From a virus, in IMG/VR virus record IMGVR_UViG_3300048583_000198, positions 1-64,000 of that record: DNA of 64,000 nt; one strand, given 5' to 3'. This document shows positions 37,706-47,067 of this stretch, in pieces; the stretch's first letter is position 1, and each line of letters begins with the position of its first letter. Under the pieces are notes generated by a model that was not told the origin of the DNA, ran no database searches, and saw only the letters and a list, made by a program, of their open reading frames with translations. A program made the translations under genes and the position numbers.

Positions 37706-38794
37706 TCAGATTTTCAGAGTTTTCCGAATGTGAGCCATCGCAGCATCGTCGTTCAATTCGTCGAGGTTGACCTGAGGCTTGGCACCGGGAGCAGAAGCTC
37801 TTGTCGGTGCGGCTGCGGCTGCCTGTTTCGAATTGGCGGGAGGCGTTGGCTGCACTGTCTTTTGGGCAACAGGAGTTGGTGTGGGAGTCGGAGTCGTACC
37901 GCCGAACGCCCCAGCCTGCATCATCTGCTGACCTACGCGGGTGTACGACTGAAGGAAGGTTTCGCCAGCGGGCAACTGTCCGAGGACTCGTGCACGATTC
38001 AGCTCAGCCACAATCAGGTCGTAACGACCCATTTCCTTCTGCTCGGTCAGGAGCTGCAAAACTGCCGGAGTTCGGTAGATCTCCGCTTTTGTGCCCTGGT
38101 CCCAAGCTTGGGCGTCAGAGAGCACTTTCCTTCCTGCGTCGGAGGCCGCTAGATCGGCCACAGTGGACTGGAAGACAACCTGCTCGTCTGTTACCCGATG
38201 ATCCGAAGGGGCGTAGGTGCTTGCCTCGGCTGAATCCAACGATAGCGGATCCACCTTGATTGAGTCAAGCAGCTTCTTGATAGCACCCGTTTTACCGGCT
38301 TGAACGTCGATGAGTAGCGATAGCTTCTCTTCATCGAGCAGGCCATTGTTCCGGAGCATTTCGACGTACTTCAGCTCCTTGTGCACCCGATTCATCTTCG
38401 AGTGGAAGCCGACACCCTTCTGGATGAGGCTGATGGCTTCATCCGGCGTGTTGAGGGTGATGTCCTGGCCAGCAGCACGAATGGGCTTGCCGAACAGCTG
38501 ATCGTAAATGGCCTTGTAGTCAGGCTCTTCTTTCGGCGGCGTAGCGGCGGCGTCACCGCTATTGTCCGAAGGAGCTGGCGTATTGTCTGTCGGCGCAGGC
38601 GTCGCAGCAGCATCCGCAGGTGGAGTTTCCACCGGGGGAGTTGCAGGCGGAGTCTCGACAACTGGCGGTGTTTCCACCGGAGGCGTCGGAGTCGGCGTCA
38701 CAGCAGGGGTCTCGCTGGCCTTGAGGTTGGCTTCGAGCTGCTTCTCGATTGCCGGGGCTTGAGCAAGAAATTCTTCGTCAGAAAGAATCGTCAT
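37706..38794 (-). CDS. N4 gp57-like protein (scaffold or 'tape measure' by N4 annotation)
   Basis: LSDEEFL start, Pro/Thr-rich linker, MLRNNGLLDEEKLSLLID. Confidence 0.8.
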   Translation of the reverse strand: MTILSDEEFLAQAPAIEKQLEANLKASETPAVTPTPTPPVETPPVVETPPATPPVETPPADAAATPAPTDNTPAPSDNSGDAAATPPKEEPDYKAIYDQLFGKPIRAAGQDITLNTPDEAISLIQKGVGFHSKMNRVHKELKYVEMLRNNGLLDEEKLSLLIDVQAGKTGAIKKLLDSIKVDPLSLDSAEASTYAPSDHRVTDEQVVFQSTVADLAASDAGRKVLSDAQAWDQGTKAEIYRTPAVLQLLTEQKEMGRYDLIVAELNRARVLGQLPAGETFLQSYTRVGQQMMQAGAFGGTTPTPTPTPVAQKTVQPTPPANSKQAAAAAPTRASAPGAKPQVNLDELNDDAAMAHIRKTLKI

Positions 38795-39081
38795 TGATTT
38801 CCGTCCTGTATCAGCTGCTGAAAGTTTTTGAGGTCGATATGGGCCTGTTCGGCTTCCGCCAGGATCTTGGTCAGATACTTCCGGAATACCTGCACACCCT
38901 TCAGGAACGTAACAGTACCACTTTCATCGCTGTTAATGTTAATGGACTGCAGGAGTACTTCGTCCCGAAGGAAGCCGTGAGCCACCACCGCCTGGAAGTC
39001 GGGGTTGCTGTTTAGGAGGGTATTAAGGGAAGCGCCCAGCCGAATACGGCGGTAGCACTCCGCGATTTCTTGGTCATACAT
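38791..39081 (-). CDS. N4 gp58-like protein
   Basis: NPDFQAVV.HGFL; between portal and gp57-like gene. Confidence 0.75.
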   Translation of the reverse strand: MYDQEIAECYRRIRLGASLNTLLNSNPDFQAVVAHGFLRDEVLLQSININSDESGTVTFLKGVQVFRKYLTKILAEAEQAHIDLKNFQQLIQDGNQ

Positions 39082-39084
39082 GCG

Positions 39085-41220
39085 TTATGCGCCCTTGGTG
39101 AGTTGCGTGTACCCGATGGCCTCATCCACTCGACCCAGATCGAGCAGGCCCTTGGTGATAGTGAGATCCTGGTTGGATTCACCTTGCGCTTCCATCTTGG
39201 CCATCTCACGGACATGCGATGTGCCAGTGCCCTGTTCGACGGTATCAAGACTCTGCTGATCGGTCTTCGCATTGAGCAGACGAGTCTGAGCTTCGTAGTA
39301 GGCTTTCTTGGCCACCTCGGTCTCGATCTCAGCCTGCAACTTTGCAACCTTGGCATTCGCTTCAGCGACTGCAAGAGGATCCGGCTGCGGCTCGTAATTG
39401 GCGATGTCATGAGCCAACTCAGGCATTTTTCGGAGCCGAGCCACCTCAGCCATCATCTTCTTCGTGATGTTGAAGTCGACCTTCGGACCCACGGTCTGGA
39501 GCATGAATGCCAGTTCCTGGGCCTTGAGGTTGTCCTCTTCCGCAGACGACACGTTCACAGTGATGTCGAACTTGCCATCAATACCATCACGAGTGATCGC
39601 AACGAACTGGTCGTTGGTGACGCGAACGATCTCTTCATCAGAGAGGAAGTCCTTCGACATCGAAAGGAACTTCATGCCGATCTTTGCCACGCCACTGGCG
39701 TAACGACGAAGCACAGACATTTCACGCTTGGCAGAAGCAGCTAAAGCGCCCTTCACGCCAGCTGCGACATCGCCCAACGAGCCAGCCGTCATGCCATTGC
39801 CCCAGCTCTGCTGACCGGTATAGCTCTCGGCATCGGAGTACTGCTGCATCATCAAAGCCATCGCACTCTGAGGAATCTCAGGGTACTTGTGCATGATGAT
39901 GAGCTGTTCCGGGTTGCCCATTGTTGGGTTGTATTCATAGTCCTCGCCGTTGTCGAACTTCGTACGGTTCGGTACGTCCAGGAACATCTTCGGCATACCC
40001 TGCTGACCGTTGGCACTGCGGCCCAACAGATCAATCATGCCTCGAGTGAGGGCACCAACAGTTTTCTGCTGTTCGATGAGCAGTTCACCATCCGGTTCGC
40101 CGTACCACTTCTTCGGGATGGGGTTCACCGGAATGATGACGAACGGAAACTCTTCGTCGCTGAATGGGCTGTTATCCAGCTGAATCAGGATGCCGTTGGC
40201 CCAAGTCGCCACAATTGGCTTGAGTTGGCCATTGCCCTGGATGTCCCACAGCGCATACATCTTGTACGCCACGAAACGCTTGCGCTCTTCATCGCTGAAC
40301 TGGAAAGAGTTCGGCGTGTTGGAATTGTGCTGAGCTTCGCCAGACGCAGCTGAAGCATTCGTGCTGACAGTGATGTGGTCGATGTTCTTGTAGCGACCAT
40401 CCGCACGCAGCTCACCCTTACTTGTTTCGAACGAGTAGGCAATGAAGCGAGCATCACTCAACTTGCCGTTGCAGCTGGGATCCACGAACAGATTCATCAA
40501 ATCAATGATCTGAACCGTTGGATGATTCTTGATAATCTTTTCGGAAAGAACCATCTGCACATCAGTGACGATGCCGATCACTGGAACGCCATTTGCCTGG
40601 GAATAAGCCACAGCCTCTTTGCGCTCAACTGGAAGCTTGTTGAACAGCAGCGGGTTGGCTATCAGCTGTGCATCAGCTTCAAGCTGTTGCAACAGGTCAG
40701 GACGATCTGGAGTGATAGGAAAGAACTGGATGGTTGGGACTTCGGTCGGAACCATCTCGGTAATGCGCTTCCAACCCACCTCGGCAACGACGGTGCCCTG
40801 GTTGTCACCAACACGCACCATCTCGTCGATGAATGCCACCTTGTCGACGTAACGCTCGAACTGGTGGTTGAGCAACAGCTCACTCTGCACTGCACCTTGC
40901 TTGTCTTCCCACGTACGAGGGGCCACATCAAACAGCTTGCTCGTGCTCAGGAATGGTTCCGACATGGACGGATGCCGCCATTCGGCGTGCTTCTTGATTA
41001 GCTTTGGCTGAACCTGCGAACGACCCTTCCTCTTGGGAGCAGCACCTTCGCCGGTTGCTTGGAGGTAATCCATCCACTTGCGCAGAAGGATGACGTACTC
41101 CTGCTGGGAAGGACGAGAGGCGTCCAGATCACCCTGGAGATTGCCAACACCTGGAGGGTTTGCCCAACCCGTTTCTTTGGCCAAATCGACGTAGATTGGC
41201 AAGCTGTCAGGGGTATCCAT
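39085..41220 (-). CDS. portal protein (N4 gp59-like)
   Basis: GRSQVQPKLI, TRGMIDLLGRSANGQ, KAQELAFMLQT. Confidence 0.93.
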   Translation of the reverse strand: MDTPDSLPIYVDLAKETGWANPPGVGNLQGDLDASRPSQQEYVILLRKWMDYLQATGEGAAPKRKGRSQVQPKLIKKHAEWRHPSMSEPFLSTSKLFDVAPRTWEDKQGAVQSELLLNHQFERYVDKVAFIDEMVRVGDNQGTVVAEVGWKRITEMVPTEVPTIQFFPITPDRPDLLQQLEADAQLIANPLLFNKLPVERKEAVAYSQANGVPVIGIVTDVQMVLSEKIIKNHPTVQIIDLMNLFVDPSCNGKLSDARFIAYSFETSKGELRADGRYKNIDHITVSTNASAASGEAQHNSNTPNSFQFSDEERKRFVAYKMYALWDIQGNGQLKPIVATWANGILIQLDNSPFSDEEFPFVIIPVNPIPKKWYGEPDGELLIEQQKTVGALTRGMIDLLGRSANGQQGMPKMFLDVPNRTKFDNGEDYEYNPTMGNPEQLIIMHKYPEIPQSAMALMMQQYSDAESYTGQQSWGNGMTAGSLGDVAAGVKGALAASAKREMSVLRRYASGVAKIGMKFLSMSKDFLSDEEIVRVTNDQFVAITRDGIDGKFDITVNVSSAEEDNLKAQELAFMLQTVGPKVDFNITKKMMAEVARLRKMPELAHDIANYEPQPDPLAVAEANAKVAKLQAEIETEVAKKAYYEAQTRLLNAKTDQQSLDTVEQGTGTSHVREMAKMEAQGESNQDLTITKGLLDLGRVDEAIGYTQLTKGA

Positions 41221-41228
41221 GAACTACC

Positions 41229-42770
41229 TCAAACGATGTAACTGGACAGCCCTGAGGGCTGCGTCGGCTGCAAAGTGTCCCACATTGTCGGGATGTGTGG
41301 CGGACTTTCCTCAACCGCCATGATACCCGGCTTTTGGGGGACAATGTGAATCAACCGACTTGTGGCGTCAATACAGTCGTCATGTTTAGACTTCAAACCT
41401 TGCGGCGACGCCAAATGGAACTCATGCATCAGCTCCTTCAGTTCCTTAATTTCCTTGAACTCGAGCGGGAAAATGATCTCCCCGCCCTTGAGCTGGGGCA
41501 GAACGTTCATGAAGTAGGCCAGCTTGTTGGCGGTCGGACGGGTCTCGATGATGTTGAACCAATACTGGTGTTCAACCATCTTCTCTCGGATCCAGGAAAC
41601 AAAGCCATACTGCTGACCAGCCACCTCGATGGTCACGCCCAGAGGGCGGTACTTCAGGGCCAACCGGAACAGTTCTTTGATGTTCAAGTCCATGGTCTGG
41701 CGAACCACCATACCTTCGACCCAACGCCACTTTCCGTCGTTACCATAGGCCCAAACAAAAATCACTGAGAAGTCATTCTTCAGTGACGCCTTTGTAGCGA
41801 AGTCGGTCGTGATGTAGTACGTGTACTTCTGCGGAAGCGGATGCGGTTCAGCATTGCCCCAAGTGATGTCGACAGGACGCACCAACTGGTTTTCTTCGTT
41901 GGTGATCCGCAGCATCATTTCCTGGTTAAAGCCATTGGGACTGGTCTTCGATTGATCCATGCAGTAGTCGTAGGTAAAGCGGTCGGGCCACGCACCACGA
42001 AATTCTTCTCGAGAGCAAGGCCACTCTTCGCACACTGGCCATACGTTCACGTCCCAGTGACCGGATTCAACCGCTTCAATCAACGGATCATTCTTGTTGA
42101 ATGGCGTTCCGTTCCAGATGATTTTGTGTCGGCTCGGATGCAGAGCGTACGGAATTTCTTTCGTGATCAAGTTGCGAATGTCGCTCATGATCGTCGGAGA
42201 TGCTGCGTCTTTGTCGTCCTTGATAAGGTCGTCCAGGATCGCAATCACCGGTCGGCTTGTACCGTCACGACTACCGCGAACCGAAGACTGAGCACCGTAC
42301 ATCTGGATGTGGAAACGATGCCCTTCTCGGTTGATCAGCGTGATGTGGTCATCACGAAACTCAGCATCAGGGATCCAATACTGCAGAAACTTGCTGTTGT
42401 TGTACTTCAATTCTACGTTTTTGCGTAGCTGAGCCACGCCTTTGTCCATAGAGTTACCAACAAAGATGGCTGCAGGAACATCTCCAAAATCAGGGATTCG
42501 ACCGAAAACACCCAGGTAAAGTACCAGATATTCCGAGAAAAGCGTCGTTTTTGCGCTACCGCGGAAGCACAGATTCACCGTACGTCGACTTGGTGTAGGC
42601 ACCTTGTCGAGCATCATCAGGTGAATCACTGGAGTTTCGTTCTCTTCTGGAAACTCTGCTGAGACCAGCTTGATGAAGTTCACAAACTCAAGAGAAAAAG
42701 CACTCGGAGCGTACTGGTACAGGACGCTGTAGTTCACTTCATTGAGAAGATCTTCGATGCTCTTCAACAT
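41229..42770 (-). CDS. terminase large subunit (N4 gp68-like)
   Basis: CFRGSAKTT, ILDD, GTPFN, nuclease DFA..., KHDDCID; ATG 42770 coupled to the upstream TAA. Confidence 0.93.
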   Translation of the reverse strand: MLKSIEDLLNEVNYSVLYQYAPSAFSLEFVNFIKLVSAEFPEENETPVIHLMMLDKVPTPSRRTVNLCFRGSAKTTLFSEYLVLYLGVFGRIPDFGDVPAAIFVGNSMDKGVAQLRKNVELKYNNSKFLQYWIPDAEFRDDHITLINREGHRFHIQMYGAQSSVRGSRDGTSRPVIAILDDLIKDDKDAASPTIMSDIRNLITKEIPYALHPSRHKIIWNGTPFNKNDPLIEAVESGHWDVNVWPVCEEWPCSREEFRGAWPDRFTYDYCMDQSKTSPNGFNQEMMLRITNEENQLVRPVDITWGNAEPHPLPQKYTYYITTDFATKASLKNDFSVIFVWAYGNDGKWRWVEGMVVRQTMDLNIKELFRLALKYRPLGVTIEVAGQQYGFVSWIREKMVEHQYWFNIIETRPTANKLAYFMNVLPQLKGGEIIFPLEFKEIKELKELMHEFHLASPQGLKSKHDDCIDATSRLIHIVPQKPGIMAVEESPPHIPTMWDTLQPTQPSGLSSYIV

Positions 42771-43261
42771 TAGCCGATCACTCGCCAACGGCTCGAAGTC
42801 GTGTCATACCAAATGTCGACTGCTTGATTTGGCGTAAGTGTGAAGTCTGCGGAGCCTGGGCAAAGAAAACGATTGGCTGCCGTACTTGTAACGTCGTGTT
42901 TTAGTACGCAGTTAAATCCACCCACGTTGAGTAGCGTGAGTCGTGTGCGAGAAGGTTGAGCAGTGATGCCCGTAAGATCTCGAGCTGCATCCGTGCTAAG
43001 ACGAATCTCAGCAGCTGTTGCCAGATTGGTGGGATTCCAATCATTTTGATTGGCAATGAGCTGGGATGGAGAAATTACCGCTACACGATTGCCATTTTGT
43101 GCAACACCGAGCGGACCTAGTTCAGCTCCAGTGTCGTCAATGACAAACAAACCTGCTGCAGTAAAATAGATTTTCCAATCGCCTGTAGTCGGCGTACTGG
43201 GAGGAACACCAACTTCATCAAATTTGATTACCGGGATGTTTGCATTTTCAAGGGAAGCCAT
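42770..43261 (-). CDS. putative tail/appendage tip protein
   Basis: Beta-rich fibre-tip-like C-terminus (LTGITA...LLNVG...YDTTSSRWR). Confidence 0.55.
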   Translation of the reverse strand: MASLENANIPVIKFDEVGVPPSTPTTGDWKIYFTAAGLFVIDDTGAELGPLGVAQNGNRVAVISPSQLIANQNDWNPTNLATAAEIRLSTDAARDLTGITAQPSRTRLTLLNVGGFNCVLKHDVTSTAANRFLCPGSADFTLTPNQAVDIWYDTTSSRWRVIG

Positions 43262-43264
43262 GAT

Positions 43265-44023
43265 CTATGCCTCTACGAGTACGTTGCCATTTTCATCTAC
43301 CAGCGGATCTCCACCGGAGGTCAGGATATCGTCGAAGCTGATGCTGACGGCTCCAGCCGCTTCAAGAATATCAAGTCTAGCATCAAGGGCATTGTCGGCG
43401 GCAATACGGGTTGCCGTTTCAGACGCCACTGCCCCCTCAACCGCAGTAAAGTCGGCAGACCATGTAGCAAACTCGCCGCTCAAAGCGGTGAAGCTCGCTT
43501 CCAGGGTTGTGAAGTCTAGGGCCAAAGCCGCCTGAGCTGCATCGACTGCTGCGATCTGTGCAGTGTATGCCGTAACAGTGGCCTCGAGATCTGCGAAATC
43601 AGCGTTAATTGGGGCTATTGCCGCAGCGATAGCAGCGATTCGGTTAGCCGTTTCAACCGCAATCGCAGCGTCTCGAGCAATCGGTTCAGCAGCAATGAGT
43701 GCACTCAATTCGACATCAAGTGCAGCCAGATCGTTGCTGATCTGGAGATCGGCAGCCACTCGAAGAGGGGGTTCAGCTGAAATCGACGCACCCTGGGCCG
43801 TAACAATGGCCTCAAGCACAGCCAACTGAACCGTCAGCGGCCCAGTCGTACCACCAATTTCTGCTACCGTTTCATCAATGATGTCCTGAAGCCCAGCGAC
43901 CTGAACGATCAACTCCTGGAGTCGAGCTTCATTGACGCCGAAATACTTGAACTCAACGACGTTGCGATCTTCGTCGGGAGTTACGGTGATGTTGGTCTGT
44001 TCGATTTCAACTTGGTCGGCCAT
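43265..44023 (-). CDS. coiled-coil fibre (fibritin-like) protein
   Basis: Ala-rich heptads with E..RIAAD repeats. Confidence 0.6.
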   Translation of the reverse strand: MADQVEIEQTNITVTPDEDRNVVEFKYFGVNEARLQELIVQVAGLQDIIDETVAEIGGTTGPLTVQLAVLEAIVTAQGASISAEPPLRVAADLQISNDLAALDVELSALIAAEPIARDAAIAVETANRIAAIAAAIAPINADFADLEATVTAYTAQIAAVDAAQAALALDFTTLEASFTALSGEFATWSADFTAVEGAVASETATRIAADNALDARLDILEAAGAVSISFDDILTSGGDPLVDENGNVLVEA

Positions 44024-44025
44024 GA

Positions 44026-44463
44026 TTACACGAGGCTCGTCGAGATGAGTCCGCTACCCTGAGCAAACCTCTCAACCACCACGCCCTCCGCATCGAGGAA
44101 CTCAACGACGAAGGCAAACGGCACATCCATTTCCATGTGATTCGGGCTCTTCGGAAGAACGATGCCTTCCCAGTCAGAGGCGTGAACCACAAAGGTGAGC
44201 TTGTCGCTGTTGGAAGCGTCGTCGGTAACAGTAAAGTTACCATTCTCTTTGGTGAGCACCATCAGATCGAGCGTGTCCGAAGGACGCAGCTTGATACGCC
44301 AGCGCATGCCGACTACCGTCGAGAAATTGCGATAGCTGTCATCCTCGAACTTGATTCGAAGACCAAACGAGTAGGGTGCCCCCTCAAACAGCTTGGGCAT
44401 CCGGACGATGTTGCTGCCGAAGACGTTCGGCGTACCATCAAATCGCATGTTCAGCGGGACCAT
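44026..44463 (-). CDS. putative virion structural protein
   Basis: Coupled ORF within the late operon. Confidence 0.6.
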   Translation of the reverse strand: MVPLNMRFDGTPNVFGSNIVRMPKLFEGAPYSFGLRIKFEDDSYRNFSTVVGMRWRIKLRPSDTLDLMVLTKENGNFTVTDDASNSDKLTFVVHASDWEGIVLPKSPNHMEMDVPFAFVVEFLDAEGVVVERFAQGSGLISTSLV

Positions 44464-45065
44464 TATGCAAACCCTCGATCAGTGAGCTTTCCATTCACCG
44501 GAGCGGTGAACTCGTTTGTCGTGTTGGTGTTCATGAACATCTGCTCGCAGTAGTTCGCCTGGCCCAGGAAATCGGCTGCCTTTACCAGCGCACTTTCAGA
44601 CTTCTGCGAAGCGAAGTAGCGATGGCAGACATATGCCTTGAGCCAAGGAACCAGCATCTCAGGCAGATCCAGCGGCGTGAGTGCATCGTCCTGGTCGAGC
44701 GTGTATTTGACATGCTTGACCTTATAGACCACTTCCAACGTCTGCATCTGCGGATATGGGAAGTAGATCGACTGACCCAGCACCTGATACTCGCTCTGCG
44801 GCAGCTCCTTACCATAGACGTTGATCAGCTCGATGACGGCCAGCAGATCAGTCGCTTCCAGGAGGTACTCGTGCGTGCCTTCAACAACATCCAGCATCTC
44901 GCTCGAGTACTTGCACTTCCACTTGGCGTACGCATACGTCATCGCAGAATTGATCAACGGGAACAGCTTGGATCGACTTTCGATCACAGCGTTCGGTCGA
45001 TTGGCCGGGAACATGTCCGACAGTTCGTCGTGATACAGCTCCTGGAGAAATTCTTCGATGGTCAT
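44463..45065 (-). CDS. head-tail adaptor (N4 gp67-like)
   Basis: L.HDELS, LEVVY..KH, YVCHRYF, KL.DRGF end; GAGG RBS before ATG 45065. Confidence 0.72.
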   Translation of the reverse strand: MTIEEFLQELYHDELSDMFPANRPNAVIESRSKLFPLINSAMTYAYAKWKCKYSSEMLDVVEGTHEYLLEATDLLAVIELINVYGKELPQSEYQVLGQSIYFPYPQMQTLEVVYKVKHVKYTLDQDDALTPLDLPEMLVPWLKAYVCHRYFASQKSESALVKAADFLGQANYCEQMFMNTNTTNEFTAPVNGKLTDRGFA

Positions 45066-45100
45066 TAGCGTGGCCTCAGCTCGGTGAAAGCATCCTACCG

Positions 45101-45661
45101 TCAATCGGGGTTCAAGACTACTGTTGTGCGTACACTGCCGGTCATTGTTCCAGTGATGCGGTCAGTCAGGCCATCAAGGCTCTTGAACTTAACGACACTT
45201 CCCACAATTTCCGTTCGACCCATAGCCTCAGCCACCAGAAGCCGAAGAGCGTCCTGATAGGTCAAATCACCTTCCATGATGTCACTCCAAGCTCCACTAC
45301 CACCTGTTGTAGAGATGCCCTGAGCCTGTACTGGAACCGTATAGTTCACATTCACCTGGAATGTGCCCAGAGTAGCCACGACTGGAATACCACCACCGTC
45401 TACGAACAGGTTGCCTGTGATAGTCAGGTTGTGGCTGCTCTCCATTGGACGAACTCGCCACCCATTAGACAGGAAGTAGTAGGGAGGAATGAGCAGACCA
45501 CTGCCAAGGTCGTCACCACCGGTTGATCGAAACGCAGGCAAATACTTCGCATTGTCTGAAAGCACAATCCAATCACACCACCGGCTGTAAAGCTCGGTGG
45601 CGGTGACTGAAGTGCTATCCAGGATGATGCGTTTGGCTGCTGGATCAAAGGTGATAGCCAT
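45101..45661 (-). CDS. tail/appendage protein
   Basis: LYSRW.DW, YYFLSNGWRVRP; N-terminus resembles that of the upstream 460-aa protein. Confidence 0.6.
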   Translation of the reverse strand: MAITFDPAAKRIILDSTSVTATELYSRWCDWIVLSDNAKYLPAFRSTGGDDLGSGLLIPPYYFLSNGWRVRPMESSHNLTITGNLFVDGGGIPVVATLGTFQVNVNYTVPVQAQGISTTGGSGAWSDIMEGDLTYQDALRLLVAEAMGRTEIVGSVVKFKSLDGLTDRITGTMTGSVRTTVVLNPD

Positions 45662-45670
45662 GACGCTGCC

Positions 45671-47053
45671 TTATGCGTAAACGCGGTCTTGTTCTGCCAC
45701 CAGAGACAAGGAGATGCCCTTCGAACGATTCAGCGTTCCTGTGGCTACCGCGAACTTGCCAAAGCCAGGTCGGATGCCAATCAACGTCACAGGACGATCC
45801 GTACCCCCTGCGTACCCACCCTGAGTGTTTCCATCGTAATCGTAGTCGAAAGCGATGGAGCCACTCGAGATGGTGCCGGTAATGGGCGTACCAGACGCAT
45901 CGTTCACCGTGATTGCACCCGCCTCACCGTAATCATTACCAGCGCCCGGAGGCGAGGTGAAGAACAAACGGTAGCTCGAGCCAGCACCCACAAGCACTGA
46001 GTTGAAGCTCATGGTACCCGCTGCCGTGTACAAGTTAGTCCGCAGCGTGTTGGTGTCATCGTAGAACTCAACACGGTTGGAGTCGGCTGAAAGCACGTCA
46101 TCAATGTAGACCGATTGTGAGGTAACAAGGGTGTCGCCCACAAAACGCAGGAGTTCGTCCTGAATCTTGCCGGTCTTCGTGCCAGCCGTACCGCCCGTAT
46201 TGATGTCGCTATTCTGCCGCAGAAGATACTGGATCTTCGCGTAGATCTGCTCGAGCGTACCGCCGTTGCCTTCAATGATGATCTTGAAGTCACGAGCCAC
46301 ACCGGCAACCGTACGAGATTGAGCCACTGTGTAGTAGGCCACAGTGATGTCGTTGTACGGTGCATTGGCCATCTCAGCATCTGCTGTTGCCTGCACTGCA
46401 CCAAGGAGTGTCGTGATCTTCAAGTCGTCTTCGTTTGAAACAAGAAAGTTGACCTTGTTTGCGCCGGTACCCGTTGCACCAGTATCCGCCAGCACCGAGG
46501 ACTTGAACTTCTTGCCGTACTCACGCACGAAAGCTCGAGCGTAAGTGCGCTTGTCGAAGTTGCCGTTCGCTGCGTTACCAAACACCTGGACGCCAACGTT
46601 GAACTGGTCAGTGAACGGGAAGTTGGTTGGAGCGTCTGTTGCAGCGATGTGGTAGTACGGCTGCACGGTCGTTGCGGGGGTAATCGAGCCCAGGCCCACG
46701 AAGCCAGCATACTGCCTCAGCAGGACACCTGAAGCGTCGTATTCAGACCAGCCACCGTCACGCAGAGCGTTACGAGTGTTCGTGTCAGCCCACGTCCAGC
46801 CCGAGAATGTTGCACCATCCGTGCCGATCTGGAACTGACCCGAGAGCGCGTCAATCGCGTACATCGGAAACGGACTGTCCTGATATGTCGAGGTAGCCCA
46901 CAAATCCACCAGCTTCGAGTAGAGCGCCTGCAGCGTCACACCGTCTTTGAAGACGAGGTTGCCAGCCTCAACAAGCTGGATGGTACGAGCTGGTTCGTTG
47001 ATCACGAGTTCCGTGCCCACGTTCAGCTGTGCTTTGCTGGTAATCTTTGCCAT
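45671..47053 (-). CDS. tail/appendage protein
   Basis: 460 aa, Thr/Gly-rich, GVTLQALYSKL..LW; ends DRVYA. Confidence 0.65.
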   Translation of the reverse strand: MAKITSKAQLNVGTELVINEPARTIQLVEAGNLVFKDGVTLQALYSKLVDLWATSTYQDSPFPMYAIDALSGQFQIGTDGATFSGWTWADTNTRNALRDGGWSEYDASGVLLRQYAGFVGLGSITPATTVQPYYHIAATDAPTNFPFTDQFNVGVQVFGNAANGNFDKRTYARAFVREYGKKFKSSVLADTGATGTGANKVNFLVSNEDDLKITTLLGAVQATADAEMANAPYNDITVAYYTVAQSRTVAGVARDFKIIIEGNGGTLEQIYAKIQYLLRQNSDINTGGTAGTKTGKIQDELLRFVGDTLVTSQSVYIDDVLSADSNRVEFYDDTNTLRTNLYTAAGTMSFNSVLVGAGSSYRLFFTSPPGAGNDYGEAGAITVNDASGTPITGTISSGSIAFDYDYDGNTQGGYAGGTDRPVTLIGIRPGFGKFAVATGTLNRSKGISLSLVAEQDRVYA

Positions 47054-47067
47054 GATCGTGAGCCTCT

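Noticed and set aside
30359-37733. long + strand ORFs such as 30359..31834 and 36375..37733 (likewise 1949..3019 and 12323..13459 on -)
   Set aside because: Antisense shadows of strongly codon-biased real genes, with no motifs.
38881-38895. CCGGAATACC near-match to the promoter box
   Set aside because: No hairpin follows; lies antisense within a structural gene.
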